Source of the DNA: Clostridium sp.
GTDB taxonomy: Bacteria; Bacteroidota; Bacteroidia; Bacteroidales; Muribaculaceae
Reading direction: 5' to 3'
Length of the DNA stretch: 64,000 bases
Assembly: GCA_023666615.1 (NCBI GenBank)
Contig: JAMPBQ010000001.1
Location: forward strand, 234,621-298,620
In this document: one piece after another, positions 30,421 through 40,391 of the stretch
Layout: each line of letters opens with the position of its first letter
Position numbering within the stretch: position 1 is the first letter of the stretch
Position numbers and translations under genes: made by a program
The notes under the pieces: generated by a model
What the model was told of the DNA's origin: nothing
What the model saw: the letters and a program-made list of their open reading frames with translations, nothing else
The model's database searches: none

Positions 30421-31389
30421 TCAGTGGCCGAAGAGCCTATTAATGGCTATCCCCCAATCCTTAAGAGTAAAGTCAATTGGGGTGATGAAAGGACGGAACC
30501 TGCGCTTGCCGGGGTTGCCGTACACCTTAAGCTTGTTGTGGCGGCACTCGAAATCCAGCCTTCCTGAAAAGTTGACCGGCTCGCCATCAATATGTCCCAG
30601 CACCGGGCCTGGGAGGTCAATGGCCGCGCGGCGCACCCTGAAAGTCTCGATATTGTGGTTGTAAGGCACCATTCCGGTCAACACGTCAAACCCGGCCAGC
30701 ATCATTTTCAGCGCGTTTCCGCTTTTGATGACTATAACATCAAGCTGACCGTCGCTCAGGGAGGCCATTGGCGCTATGAACGCGTTGTTGCCATACTGCG
30801 ACGCGTTGCATACGGCGATCAGAAAGGCCTCTCTCCGCAGGCGCTTTCCGTCAATGTCCAGCACGAATGTCTGCGGCTTATAGCCGGCGAACGTCTCCAC
30901 CACGCTTTTTATATAGGAAATGCGCCCCCTGCGCGTCTCATGCGAAAACTTGTGCGAGACCGAAGCGTCGAAGCCAAGGCCGCAAGTGCAGAAGAAATTC
31001 CGGCCGCCGACCACGCCATAATCGCAAAGTCGCACATTCTCCTTCCTGATGATTTCAAGGGAAAGCTTTTCGTCAACGGGAATGCCAAGGTGCCTGGCCA
31101 GGCCATTGCCGCTGCCCGAAGGGACAATCCCGAGGGCAACGTCGGAGCCAATAAGGCCGGACGCGGCCTCATTGACCGTGCCGTCGCCGCCGCAAACCAC
31201 CACCGACCCGAAGCCATCAGCCACAGCCCGCCTGGCAAGCTCGGTGGCATGGCCGGGGCAAGCCGTATACGCAACCGTCACAGCGAAGCCGTGGGCCTCC
31301 AGCTCGGAAGCCAAGGCTTGGCCCATGCCGTCCTTGCTGTTCACACCGGAGCGTGGATTAACGATTAGGAGCGTCTTTTCATTTTCCAT
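30421..31389 (-). CDS. Diacylglycerol-kinase-family lipid kinase (YegS/BmrU-like)
   Basis: IVNPRSG; CGGDGTVNE; GSGNGLARHL; NASQYGNNAFIAP; DGE. Confidence 0.92.
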   Translation of the reverse strand: MENEKTLLIVNPRSGVNSKDGMGQALASELEAHGFAVTVAYTACPGHATELARRAVADGFGSVVVCGGDGTVNEAASGLIGSDVALGIVPSGSGNGLARHLGIPVDEKLSLEIIRKENVRLCDYGVVGGRNFFCTCGLGFDASVSHKFSHETRRGRISYIKSVVETFAGYKPQTFVLDIDGKRLRREAFLIAVCNASQYGNNAFIAPMASLSDGQLDVIVIKSGNALKMMLAGFDVLTGMVPYNHNIETFRVRRAAIDLPGPVLGHIDGEPVNFSGRLDFECRHNKLKVYGNPGKRRFRPFITPIDFTLKDWGIAINRLFGH

Positions 31390-31394
31390 GGCTG

Positions 31395-31402
31395 CAAAGT
31401 TA
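31395..31402 (-). promoter_or_regulatory. -7 element 5 nt upstream of the lipid kinase ATG
   Basis: Minus strand reads TAACTTTG-CAGCC-ATG. Confidence 0.65.
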
Positions 31403-31507
31403 CGGCTTTTTTCTATTTTTGGGAAATTTGTTGGCGATAAGATTTTTTTTTATTAATTTTGCTCTTCAAAAGGAAAAAGACAAAACTAAACAATCGACAA
31501 CGCATCT

Positions 31508-32989
31508 ATGGCAATAGAATTGAAAGGACTCACCAAGCGCAGCGAAAATTACTCGCAGTGGTACAACGAACTCGTGGTGAAAGCAGACCTTGCCGAGCAG
31601 TCGGCAGTGCGCGGCTGCATGGTAATCAAGCCTTATGGCTATGCTATTTGGGAAAAAATGCAGCAGACGCTCGATGGCATGTTCAAGGCCACGGGAGTGC
31701 AGAACGCATACTTCCCCTTGCTCATTCCAAAATCATTCCTGTGCCGCGAGGCTGAGCATGTGGAGGGATTCGCAAAGGAATGCGCTGTCGTCACCCACTA
31801 TCGGCTGAAGAACGATCCCAACGGCAACGGCGTGGTTGTAGACCCTGACGCTCGCCTTGAGGAAGAGCTTATCATACGCCCCACTTCTGAAACGATAATC
31901 TGGGGCACATACAAGAACTGGATTCACAGCTGGCGCGACCTCCCCATCCTCATCAACCAATGGGCCAACGTGATGCGCTGGGAGATGCGCACACGCATGT
32001 TCCTGCGCACGGCGGAATTCCTATGGCAAGAAGGCCATTGCGCCCACGCCACGGCAGAAGAATCGCAGGCGCGCACCGTGGAGATGATAAACATCTACGC
32101 AAAATTTGCCCAGGACTATATGGCAATGCCGGTGATTCAGGGAGTGAAGAGCGCCAACGAAAGATTTGCCGGCGCCCTCAATACCTACACGATTGAGGCC
32201 ATGATGCAGGATGGCAAGGCATTGCAGGCGGGCACCTCGCATAACCTTGGACAGAATTTCGCCAAGGCGTTCGACGTGACCTTCGCCAACAAGGAAAACA
32301 AGCCTGAATACGTATGGGCTAACTCTTGGGGCGTATCTACCCGCCTGATGGGCGCGCTGATCATGACACACAGCGACGACAACGGCCTGGTGCTTCCCCC
32401 GAAGCTGGCTCCAATCCAAGTGGTGATCATTCCTATATATAAAAACAAGGAGCAGCTTGAGAAAATTTCAGCAACGGTCAACCCCATTATGGACGAGCTC
32501 AAGAGCATGGGCATAAGCGTGAAATACGATGACGCCGACAATAAGCGCCCGGGATTCAAATTCGCCGATTATGAAATCAAGGGTGTGCCGGTGCGCCTTG
32601 TGCTTGGCGAGCGCGATATCCAGAACGATACTGTAGAACTCATGCGGCGCGATACCCTCGAGAAAGAAAATGTGCCTTTGGAGGGCATTGCCGAGCATAT
32701 CAAGCATCTTCTCGACTATATTCAGCAGAACATATTTGACAAGGCTTTGGCCATGCGCCAGGCAAAGACGTATGTATGCGACTCATACGAGGAATTCAAA
32801 GCCAACATTGACAAGGGAGGATTCTTCCTTTGCCACTGGGACGGCACCGCTGAGACTGAAGAGCGCATAAAAGAGGAAACAAAGGCCACAATCCGCTGCA
32901 TTCCTCTTGACGGCGACAAGACCCCCGGCACTTGCATGGTCACCGGCAAGCCTTCGGCGCAGCGCGTGATCATCGCCCGCAATTACTAA
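31508..32989 (+). CDS. proS: Proline--tRNA ligase (eukaryote/archaea-like type)
   Basis: YSQWY..LV.KADL; RPTSET; QWANVMRWE; [12 protein letters not shown]; [12 protein letters not shown]; TAATTTTG -7 element at 31454-31461. Confidence 0.97.
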   Translation: MAIELKGLTKRSENYSQWYNELVVKADLAEQSAVRGCMVIKPYGYAIWEKMQQTLDGMFKATGVQNAYFPLLIPKSFLCREAEHVEGFAKECAVVTHYRLKNDPNGNGVVVDPDARLEEELIIRPTSETIIWGTYKNWIHSWRDLPILINQWANVMRWEMRTRMFLRTAEFLWQEGHCAHATAEESQARTVEMINIYAKFAQDYMAMPVIQGVKSANERFAGALNTYTIEAMMQDGKALQAGTSHNLGQNFAKAFDVTFANKENKPEYVWANSWGVSTRLMGALIMTHSDDNGLVLPPKLAPIQVVIIPIYKNKEQLEKISATVNPIMDELKSMGISVKYDDADNKRPGFKFADYEIKGVPVRLVLGERDIQNDTVELMRRDTLEKENVPLEGIAEHIKHLLDYIQQNIFDKALAMRQAKTYVCDSYEEFKANIDKGGFFLCHWDGTAETEERIKEETKATIRCIPLDGDKTPGTCMVTGKPSAQRVIIARNY

Positions 32990-33017
32990 CAGCATTCCCC
33001 TCACCCATCAAGCAGTT

Positions 33018-33296
33018 ATGGACAGTAAGACATTTATCTCTCAAGTGGCAAAGCTGATGAACGCCGACCCCAAAGAGGCCGGCCGCCTGACAGCCGCATT
33101 TGCCCAAGTGCTTCGCGAACGCGCGTCCGGCCTTGATTCCATCGCCATGCCCGGCTTTGGAAATTTTGTGGCCACAAAGAAGCCCGAAAGAGTGAAGACC
33201 GATAAGGCCACAGGAAGAAAAATGCTTTTGCCTCCACAGCTGCTTGTGGAGTTTGTGCCAAGTTCCGCCCTAAAAAAACTTATCGCAAATGAATAG
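33018..33296 (+). CDS. HU/IHF-family DNA-binding protein
   Basis: MPGFGNFVA.KKPER....ATG..MLLPP...VEFVPS..LK. Confidence 0.88.
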   Translation: MDSKTFISQVAKLMNADPKEAGRLTAAFAQVLRERASGLDSIAMPGFGNFVATKKPERVKTDKATGRKMLLPPQLLVEFVPSSALKKLIANE

Positions 33297-34500
33297 CATT
33301 ATCACACTGAATAGGCTGGCCGAGCTCATAGCGCGCGCATCCGGCAAAAGGACTGCAGAGGTTGAGCCGTTTTTGAAGGCCTTCATGGAGACCGCCAAAG
33401 AGGCCATCGCCAGCGATGAAGTCCTTACCGTAAAGGGAATTGGCACCTTCACGGTTGAAGAAGCGCGTGGAGAAAGGAAGATAATGTTTCAAGCGGACGA
33501 GGACTTGGCCAAAGCTGTGAACGACCCATTTTCAATGTTTGAGCCTGAAGAGCTTGCCCCCGGCGCGTCAATCGAGAGCCTTGACATTGACATAATAATC
33601 GATGACATAATCCCCGCATCGGAGCCCGCCCCCAAACAGGAAAGCCAAGAGGGCTCTGAAGGCTCCGAGGCCTCTGAAGGCTCTGAAATCTCTGAAAACT
33701 CCGAGAACTCTGAGGCCTCTGAGAAATCTGAGGCCTCTGAGAACTCTGAAGGCACTGAAGGCTCTGAAGGTTTTAAGAGCTCTAAAAGCCCTTATGCCCC
33801 CAATCTTTCCGCAGATATTGAGACTATAGCCGAAGAAGAGCCCTTTTCAGCATCTTTTGCTGAGCCGCTGGAGCCCGCTGTTCCCGAAAAGCCAAAAACA
33901 AGCCTTGCCGCCGCGTATAATCCACCGCCAATCTCCAAGCCTGATGAAGCAGAAGAGGAGAATGAATATGAAGAAGCGTACGATGAGGAATATTATGAAG
34001 AGGATGCCCGCGGCAAATTCCCCACATTTTGGGCTACTTGGGCCGCAATAATAGGCTTGTTGATAGGATTGGCGATAGGATTCTTCGCGCATGACCCCAT
34101 TTGCGAGCTCCTTGAGCCTACCGCCACAGAGCAAGACCTTGATGAGGCCGAAGATACTGAAGAGCAAAGCCCATCCATCGACCCTTTTATTGAGGAGACA
34201 GAGCCACAGACTACAACCGAGGAGACCGCTGCGCAGCAAGAATCCCCTAAGGAGGAGGCCGATGTATACGACACAATCACCGAGCGGACATTTCTGACCC
34301 ACTTGGCCCAGAAGCATTACCACCAAAAGGATTACTGGGTGTACATCTATCTTGAGAATAAAGACATAATAGGCAATCCAAATACGGTAAAAGCCGGGAC
34401 AAGGGTGAAAATCCCGCCATTGAGCAAATACGCAAAACACTCATCCGAGGCGGAAAACCTTAAGGAAGCCAAGGCCCTCGCAGCCAAAATAACCAAATAA
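33289..34500 (+). CDS. HU-like N-domain, acidic low-complexity linker, single TM and LysM-like C-domain
   Basis: VKGIGTF...FQADEDLAKAVN.PFSMFEP (HU-like); TM FWATWAAIIGLLIGLAIGFFA; LTHLAQKHY....YWVYIYLENKDII.NPN.VKAGTRVKIP (LysM-like); overlaps the HU gene by 8 nt. Confidence 0.82.
   Translation: MNSIITLNRLAELIARASGKRTAEVEPFLKAFMETAKEAIASDEVLTVKGIGTFTVEEARGERKIMFQADEDLAKAVNDPFSMFEPEELAPGASIESLDIDIIIDDIIPASEPAPKQESQEGSEGSEASEGSEISENSENSEASEKSEASENSEGTEGSEGFKSSKSPYAPNLSADIETIAEEEPFSASFAEPLEPAVPEKPKTSLAAAYNPPPISKPDEAEEENEYEEAYDEEYYEEDARGKFPTFWATWAAIIGLLIGLAIGFFAHDPICELLEPTATEQDLDEAEDTEEQSPSIDPFIEETEPQTTTEETAAQQESPKEEADVYDTITERTFLTHLAQKHYHQKDYWVYIYLENKDIIGNPNTVKAGTRVKIPPLSKYAKHSSEAENLKEAKALAAKITK
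33652..33795 (+). repeat. 16 in-frame nonamers encoding (x-S-E)n
   Basis: ggctctgaa ggctccgag gcctctgaa ... agctctaaa agcccttat, translating to GSEGSEASEGSEISENSENSEASEKSEASENSEGTEGSEGFKSSKSPY. Confidence 0.9.
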
Positions 34501-34575
34501 CGACCAAAACATCAATCATCGAACGCCTATGTGAACCACACGATTGAATCCAAACGACGACAAGAAAGATTATAA

Positions 34576-34624
34576 TTAGGGCATTCTGAAAATAATCAAA
34601 TTGTTTATTCTCAGAATGTCCTAA
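34576..34624. terminator. 20-bp inverted repeat (2 mismatches) between the HU-LysM gene and the T9SS cargo gene
   Basis: TTAGGGCATTCTGAAAATAA-TCAAATTGT-TTATTCTCAGAATGTCCTAA followed by CATTTTTGTTTG. Confidence 0.5.
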
Positions 34625-34678
34625 CATTTTTGTTTGATACAACCAATCCCTTTAATATTTACCTAAAAAAGTTTTTCA

Positions 34679-37600
34679 ATGAAAAAACATTTGACATTGA
34701 TGCTTTCCGCGCTTATCGGCATTGGGGCCATCTCGGCGATCGCCTCCCCCGACGCCTTTAGAAGCGCCAGGACAGGAAGGCAAAGCAATGCGCCGGCCGT
34801 CGCCGCCCTCACAAGCGAAGACGCCGCAGCGGCACGCGAGTTTAGAAGACTGCCCGGCAATGACAATGCCGACGGATTCTTCCGAGTTTTACCCCCCCCC
34901 CACAGAACAATCTAACTATCAGAAGGTTAGGAACAATGTTCCGGCAAATCTACAAATTGTAGGACAAGCCGCTTATTTCCCTTCAATGGAAGTCGGCAGC
35001 TTCTACAAGATTCCGACAACAACCAACGGCAAATTTGAGAAAATATGCAATCCCAAGGTCATACTTGACTACGGCGGCGTATACAACGCCTCATCCAATA
35101 CTTTCTCTGGAGTAAGCGCCACATTCTCCAGCTCGCACGTATTCCAAAGCGCCACCTTCTATGAGTTCAGCATGGCTACCCTTGATGTGCTGCGAACTCA
35201 AACCATAACGCCTGAAAATATAGGCCTGCTGGCCTTGTCGATGGCGCAAGACCCGACAAGCGGAAAAAATTACGGATATTTCTTTGGAGACTCACAATCC
35301 AATTTCGTTTGGGGATACATTGACTACAACACGCTTGAGCGCACAAAGATCGCCGACGCCGATGACTTCCTCGACGCTGTGGCCGCCACTGCCGACGGGC
35401 AATATTACGGACTGGACTATCTCGGCCAACTTTATAAAATAGAAAAAGAAACCGGGTCACTTCAGCTGATTGGAAAAACATCCCTGCCTGTACAGTACTC
35501 CTTCGCGGCATGCATGGACCAAATCAACAACAATATGCTGGTGTACTGCGTAGAGGATGACCAAAGCGGCAGCTCGCTCTACGAATTGAATCTGCAGACA
35601 GCCGAAGCGTCAAAAGTGGCCGAGTACCCATTGAGCATGATGATGTCAATGTACACCCTCACGCCCACCTCCGACAAGGCTCCCAATGCGCCAACCCTTG
35701 AACTCTCATCAAAAGAAGGCTCAATGACCGTAGGCTACAGCCTCACTCTTCCTGAAACCATGATTGACGGCAGCGCCATCACGGGAAGCCTCGCGTGGGA
35801 AATTTCAGTGGACGGCGACGTCAAGGCGCAAGGCAATTCAACAGCCGGAATAACTGTGACAGGCTCCATCACGTTGGAGACAGCCGGCATGACTGAATTT
35901 TGCGCTGTGGCAAAGAACGCCAATGGAGAATCGCCCAAGGCATATGCGAAGACATACGTAGGCAACGGCATTCCCGACGCGCCCTCCAACGTGGCGGCAT
36001 CATGGGCCGACGGCACCATGACAATCACCTGGGACGCCGTGACATCAGCCTCTGACGGCGGATACGTAAATCCCGAAGAAATTACATACATGATTTATGA
36101 TATCGGAAAGGGAAAGGTTATGGCAAACGGCGTAAAGGGCACATCCTATGCCTTCTCTCTCCCCGCGCCCGACGAGCGCACTGCTTACCGCTATTCAGTG
36201 ACAGCCCTATTCGACGGCAAGTCCGGCCCAATCACATTGTCGAACGAAGTCTATCTTGGTCCTTACGGCGCTCCATTCGAAGTGACTTTCAACAGCACTT
36301 CTATATTCGCCGAATACGGCTTCACCGTGCTTGACGCAAATGAGGACAACAAGACTTGGACCTCTACAGCTTCCGGCGCCCGCTATCCATACAGCTCCGC
36401 AAACACTGGCGATGATTGGCTTTTTACTCCCCAAATCAAGCTTGAGGCCGGGATGGTATATGAGTTTTCAGTGAATATTGCAGGCAGCAGCTCCAGATAT
36501 AAAGAGGTATTTGAAGTAAAGTACGGAATGGGGAATTCGGTGGAATCCATGACCTATGAAATCCTCCCCTCCACAACATTCACCAGCGTTGCCTCCAGCC
36601 CCAAGACTTTCACCGCATCGTTCAAGCCTGCGGCTACCGGACTATACAACATCGGCATCCACGAAATTTCGCCCAAGAACCAGGGAAACATTCTCTTGAA
36701 GAAAATTTCCATAGGAGCGGGAATTTCACCCCTAACTCCCGACGCCCCAACAAACCTCACCCTTGAGTCAGAGCCCACCGGCGAACTTATGCTAAACGGC
36801 AGCGTGACCGCCCCCTCCCTCACAATCTCCAACGATAAAATCGCAGGCAACGTAAGCCTAAAGGTATACCGCGGCGATGAACTCATCACCACCCTATCGG
36901 CGGCCGCCGGCGCTGCAGCCGCATTCTCTGACCGCGTGCCGGCAAAAGGCAATTACACCTACACCGTGACCGCAGTGAATGAGGGCAATGAAGGCAAATC
37001 AATCTCGTCGCAAATATACGTTGGGCCACATCCCGCGAGGGCGCCTCAAAACGCAAAGATGACTGAGGCAGACCAGCCCGGCATTGTGACAGTGACATGG
37101 GATCCAGTCACTGAAGACATGTACGGCACCCGTCTGGATCCGGCCAACATATCCTATATGGTGTATGAAATCAGCGGCACGCGCCCCGGCGCTCCAAAGC
37201 TTGACTCTCCCGTGAAGACCACCTCCGCCACATTCCAGGCCATAGACGATCCGAACAAGCAAGAATTCAAGCAGTTTATGGTGACGGCATTCAACCGCGA
37301 TGAAGAAAGCACGGTGTACAGCTGCATCACCAACACACTCCCCGTGGGCGTGGCCTACAAAATGCCTTACAAGCTCTCCTGCAAGGAAGATTTGGAGGAG
37401 ACTGTATTTGGAATCGACAGGTCGCTAAGCACAATCAAAATTGGATTCTACGATGACAGCACCATGGCTGAATTAGGCTCTCAAGACGGCGACAACGGAT
37501 ATTTGAGCATGAAATTTGGAAAGAAGCAGCAATGGGGCGAAATTTTCTCCGCAAAGATAGACCTTTCCAAAGCCGTGCGCCCAGAGCTTACATTCTATGT

Positions 37601-39200
37601 ATTCAAGCTTGAGAATGATGACGCCAACCAATTGGCGGTTACAATCGAGCAGGATGGAGTTCAAACCGAAGTGTACAAGACCGACCTCTCCGACATGAAA
37701 GAGCGGGAATGGAACAAAGCGCGCATCAGCCTTGACCAATATAAGGGCAAGGACATTCAATTCAGAATGCGCGGCACATGCACAAAATACATGTATATCT
37801 TCCTGGACAACATCCGCATACAGGAAATGGCCGACAAAGATATTCGCGTGACCGGCATATCAGCCCCCGAAAGCGTCAACATCAACGAAACGTTCTCTGT
37901 TTCTGTAAATGTAGCCAACGAAGGGGCCGAAACGGCCAATAATTTCACTGTAAGCCTATACCGAGACGGTGAAATCGCCGACACCAAGACCATATCCTCC
38001 CTTGCGTCAGAAGCTCAAGCCACAGTGACATTCAACACATCAATTTCGCACTTCGACGCTGACAACACCGCGGCGACATACCGCGCCGAAGCGGCATTCA
38101 GCGGCGATAAGGATATGACAAACAATTCATCGAAGGACATCACCGTTGCCCGAAAGACCAACAAGCATCCTGCCATCTCCGACCTTGACGGCGTGCAGAA
38201 GGATGATGGCGTGCATCTTACATGGACCCCCTACTCCAAGCCCGAAATCATCGCGCCAAGCGAATCAACTGAGGACATTGAAGGCGGCATGTGCGGCGAA
38301 CAGGCTCTGGAAGGCTGGACCATCATCGATGTTGACCAGTGCGGAATTGGAAGTTTCGAAGGGCTGACAATCCCGGGAATCGCAACAAATTCTCCGGCAT
38401 CGTTCTTCGTATTCGACGTCAAGGCGCTCGGCATAGAGGCCAACGAAACAGTCACTCCCCACAGCGGATCGAAATTCCTTGGTTCCTTCCCCAACTATGA
38501 CTATGAATACAATGACGACTGGGCAATTTCGCCAAAGCTCCCCGGCACGGCCCAGACCATATCGTTCTACGCCAAGACTTACGACAAGTGGCTCCCAACC
38601 AACTTCCAAATCCTCTATACAACGAAGGACTCCACCGATCCCGCCGACTACACAATGATCAGCGAGCACAAGGAAATCTCCGACAGTTGGACAAAATATG
38701 AGGCAACGCTCCCGGAAGGCGCTCTCCATTTCGCCATTCGCCACTACTCTGTATGGGCGTCAATGCTTATGGTTGACGACATCACCTTCACATATGCTCC
38801 CGAGGCTGTGGCCTTCGACCTTGTCGGTCATGACGTTTACCGCAATGGAAGCAAGATAAATGAAGAGCCCGTAGTTGGCGGAGAATACATTGACGCAAGC
38901 GCCCCTGACGGACTGCACACCTACCACGTAGTCGCCAAATTCGCTACTGGCGAATCCGACCTCTCGAACAGCGTATCAGTCGCCACCTCGGGCATAGGCG
39001 AATCCCTAGCGGACGGAGTGAAGGTATATTCAGCCGGCGGAAACATAATCATTGAAGGCGCCGATGGCAAGGCCACAAGCGTATTCAGCGTTGACGGAAA
39101 GACTGTTTACACAGGCATGGGAGACGCCAAAGTCGCCGCATCCGCTGGCGTATACATGGTGACTGTCGGCTCCCGCGCTTATAAATTGCTGGTGAAATAA
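34679..39200 (+). CDS. Large T9SS-secreted adhesin-like protein (propeller-like N-part, FN3 repeats, choice-of-anchor-J domains, CARDB-like Ig, CTD), frameshifted at a C10 tract
   Basis: The signal-peptide ORF 34679-34915 and the main ORF ending at 39200 join into 1506 aa if the C-run is 9 instead of 10. Motifs DDWLFTPQI.L and NDDWAISPKL (cleaved-adhesin type). C-terminus ...GVYMVTVGSRAYKLLVK (T9SS CTD-like). Confidence 0.85.
34892..34901 (+). repeat. C10 homopolymer at the frameshift point
   Basis: GTTTTA-CCCCCCCCCC-ACAGAAC. Confidence 0.9.
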
Positions 39201-39297
39201 GCCTCCGATTAATAAAAAAATGCTAATTGTTGGCTATGCTAAAGAATTGGTAAACAATTTTAACATTCCAATTTAGCAAATCTCACATTATTAATTG

Positions 39298-39343
39298 TAA
39301 CTTTGTAGCCGGAATTTGGGTGATTATGCCCCAAATTCCGGCT
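39298..39343 (+). promoter_or_regulatory. moxR-bat promoter: -7 element followed immediately by a perfect 14-bp inverted repeat
   Basis: TAACTTTG at 39298-39305; AGCCGGAATTTGGG-TGATTATGC-CCCAAATTCCGGCT at 39307-39343. Confidence 0.7.
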
Positions 39344-39383
39344 TATTATTGTGTTAACCTAATCAACTACACTATATCTCGAC

Positions 39384-40379
39384 ATGAGCGATACAGTAAA
39401 CATCCGAGAAATCAACAGCCTGGTAGCCTCAAAGAGCGACTTCATCAATCTCATCACTCGCGGCATGGACCAGACAATCGTTGGACAAAAACACCTGGTA
39501 GAGTCCTTATTGATATCCCTGCTGGCCAATGGCCACGTACTGCTTGAGGGCGTGCCCGGCCTGGCAAAGACGCTTGCGATCAAGACCCTGGCGCAGCTCA
39601 TCGACGCTAAGTACAGCCGCATACAGTTCACGCCCGACCTTCTCCCCGCGGATGTTGTCGGCACAATGGTGTACAGCGTGAAGGATGAAAAATTCAACGT
39701 GAAGAAAGGCCCGATATTCTCAAATTTCGTTCTTGCCGACGAAATCAACCGCGCTCCGGCCAAGGTGCAGTCAGCCCTTCTGGAAGCAATGCAGGAAAGG
39801 CAAGTCACAATCGGCGACAGCACTTTCCGCCTGGATTCACCCTTCCTTGTAATGGCCACTCAGAACCCCATTGAGCAAGAGGGCACCTACCCCCTGCCCG
39901 AGGCGCAAGTGGACCGCTTTTTGATGAAAGTTGTGATTGGGTATCCCACACGTGAGGAAGAGCGCACAATCATCCGCCAAAACATAGCCCCGCAGGCAAA
40001 GAGCATTATCCCCGTGATCAAGCCCGAAGAGGTGATCGACGCCCAGAAGGTGGTGGAGCAGATATATGTCGACGAGAAGATCGAGAGGTACATTGTGGAT
40101 TTGGTGTTCGCAACCCGCTTCCCGGCCGACTACGGCATGCAGCACCTGAGCAGCATCATCGCCTTTGGCGCTTCTCCCCGCGCATCCATCAGCCTTGCGC
40201 GCGCCGCCCGAGCCTACGCCTTTATCCACCAGCGCGGTTACGTAGTGCCGGAGGATGTTATTGCCGTATGCCACGACGTGCTGCGCCACCGCATCGGCGT
40301 AACCTATGAGGCCGAGGCCAACAACATAACCACAGACGAAATAATCACCGAAATCCTTGACAAGGTGCAGGTGCCCTAA
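39384..40379 (+). CDS. moxR: MoxR-family AAA+ ATPase
   Basis: LLEGVPGLAKT; RIQFTPDLLPAD; LADEINRAPAKVQSALLEAMQE; QNPIEQEGTYPLPEAQVDRF. Confidence 0.97.
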   Translation: MSDTVNIREINSLVASKSDFINLITRGMDQTIVGQKHLVESLLISLLANGHVLLEGVPGLAKTLAIKTLAQLIDAKYSRIQFTPDLLPADVVGTMVYSVKDEKFNVKKGPIFSNFVLADEINRAPAKVQSALLEAMQERQVTIGDSTFRLDSPFLVMATQNPIEQEGTYPLPEAQVDRFLMKVVIGYPTREEERTIIRQNIAPQAKSIIPVIKPEEVIDAQKVVEQIYVDEKIERYIVDLVFATRFPADYGMQHLSSIIAFGASPRASISLARAARAYAFIHQRGYVVPEDVIAVCHDVLRHRIGVTYEAEANNITTDEIITEILDKVQVP

Positions 40380-40391
40380 AGACGCTGAAAA

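Noticed and set aside
34722-34891. TTG 34722 as the start of the 1492-aa protein
   Set aside because: The N-terminus is Pro/Arg-rich with no signal peptide; the real start is ATG 34679 in the other frame.
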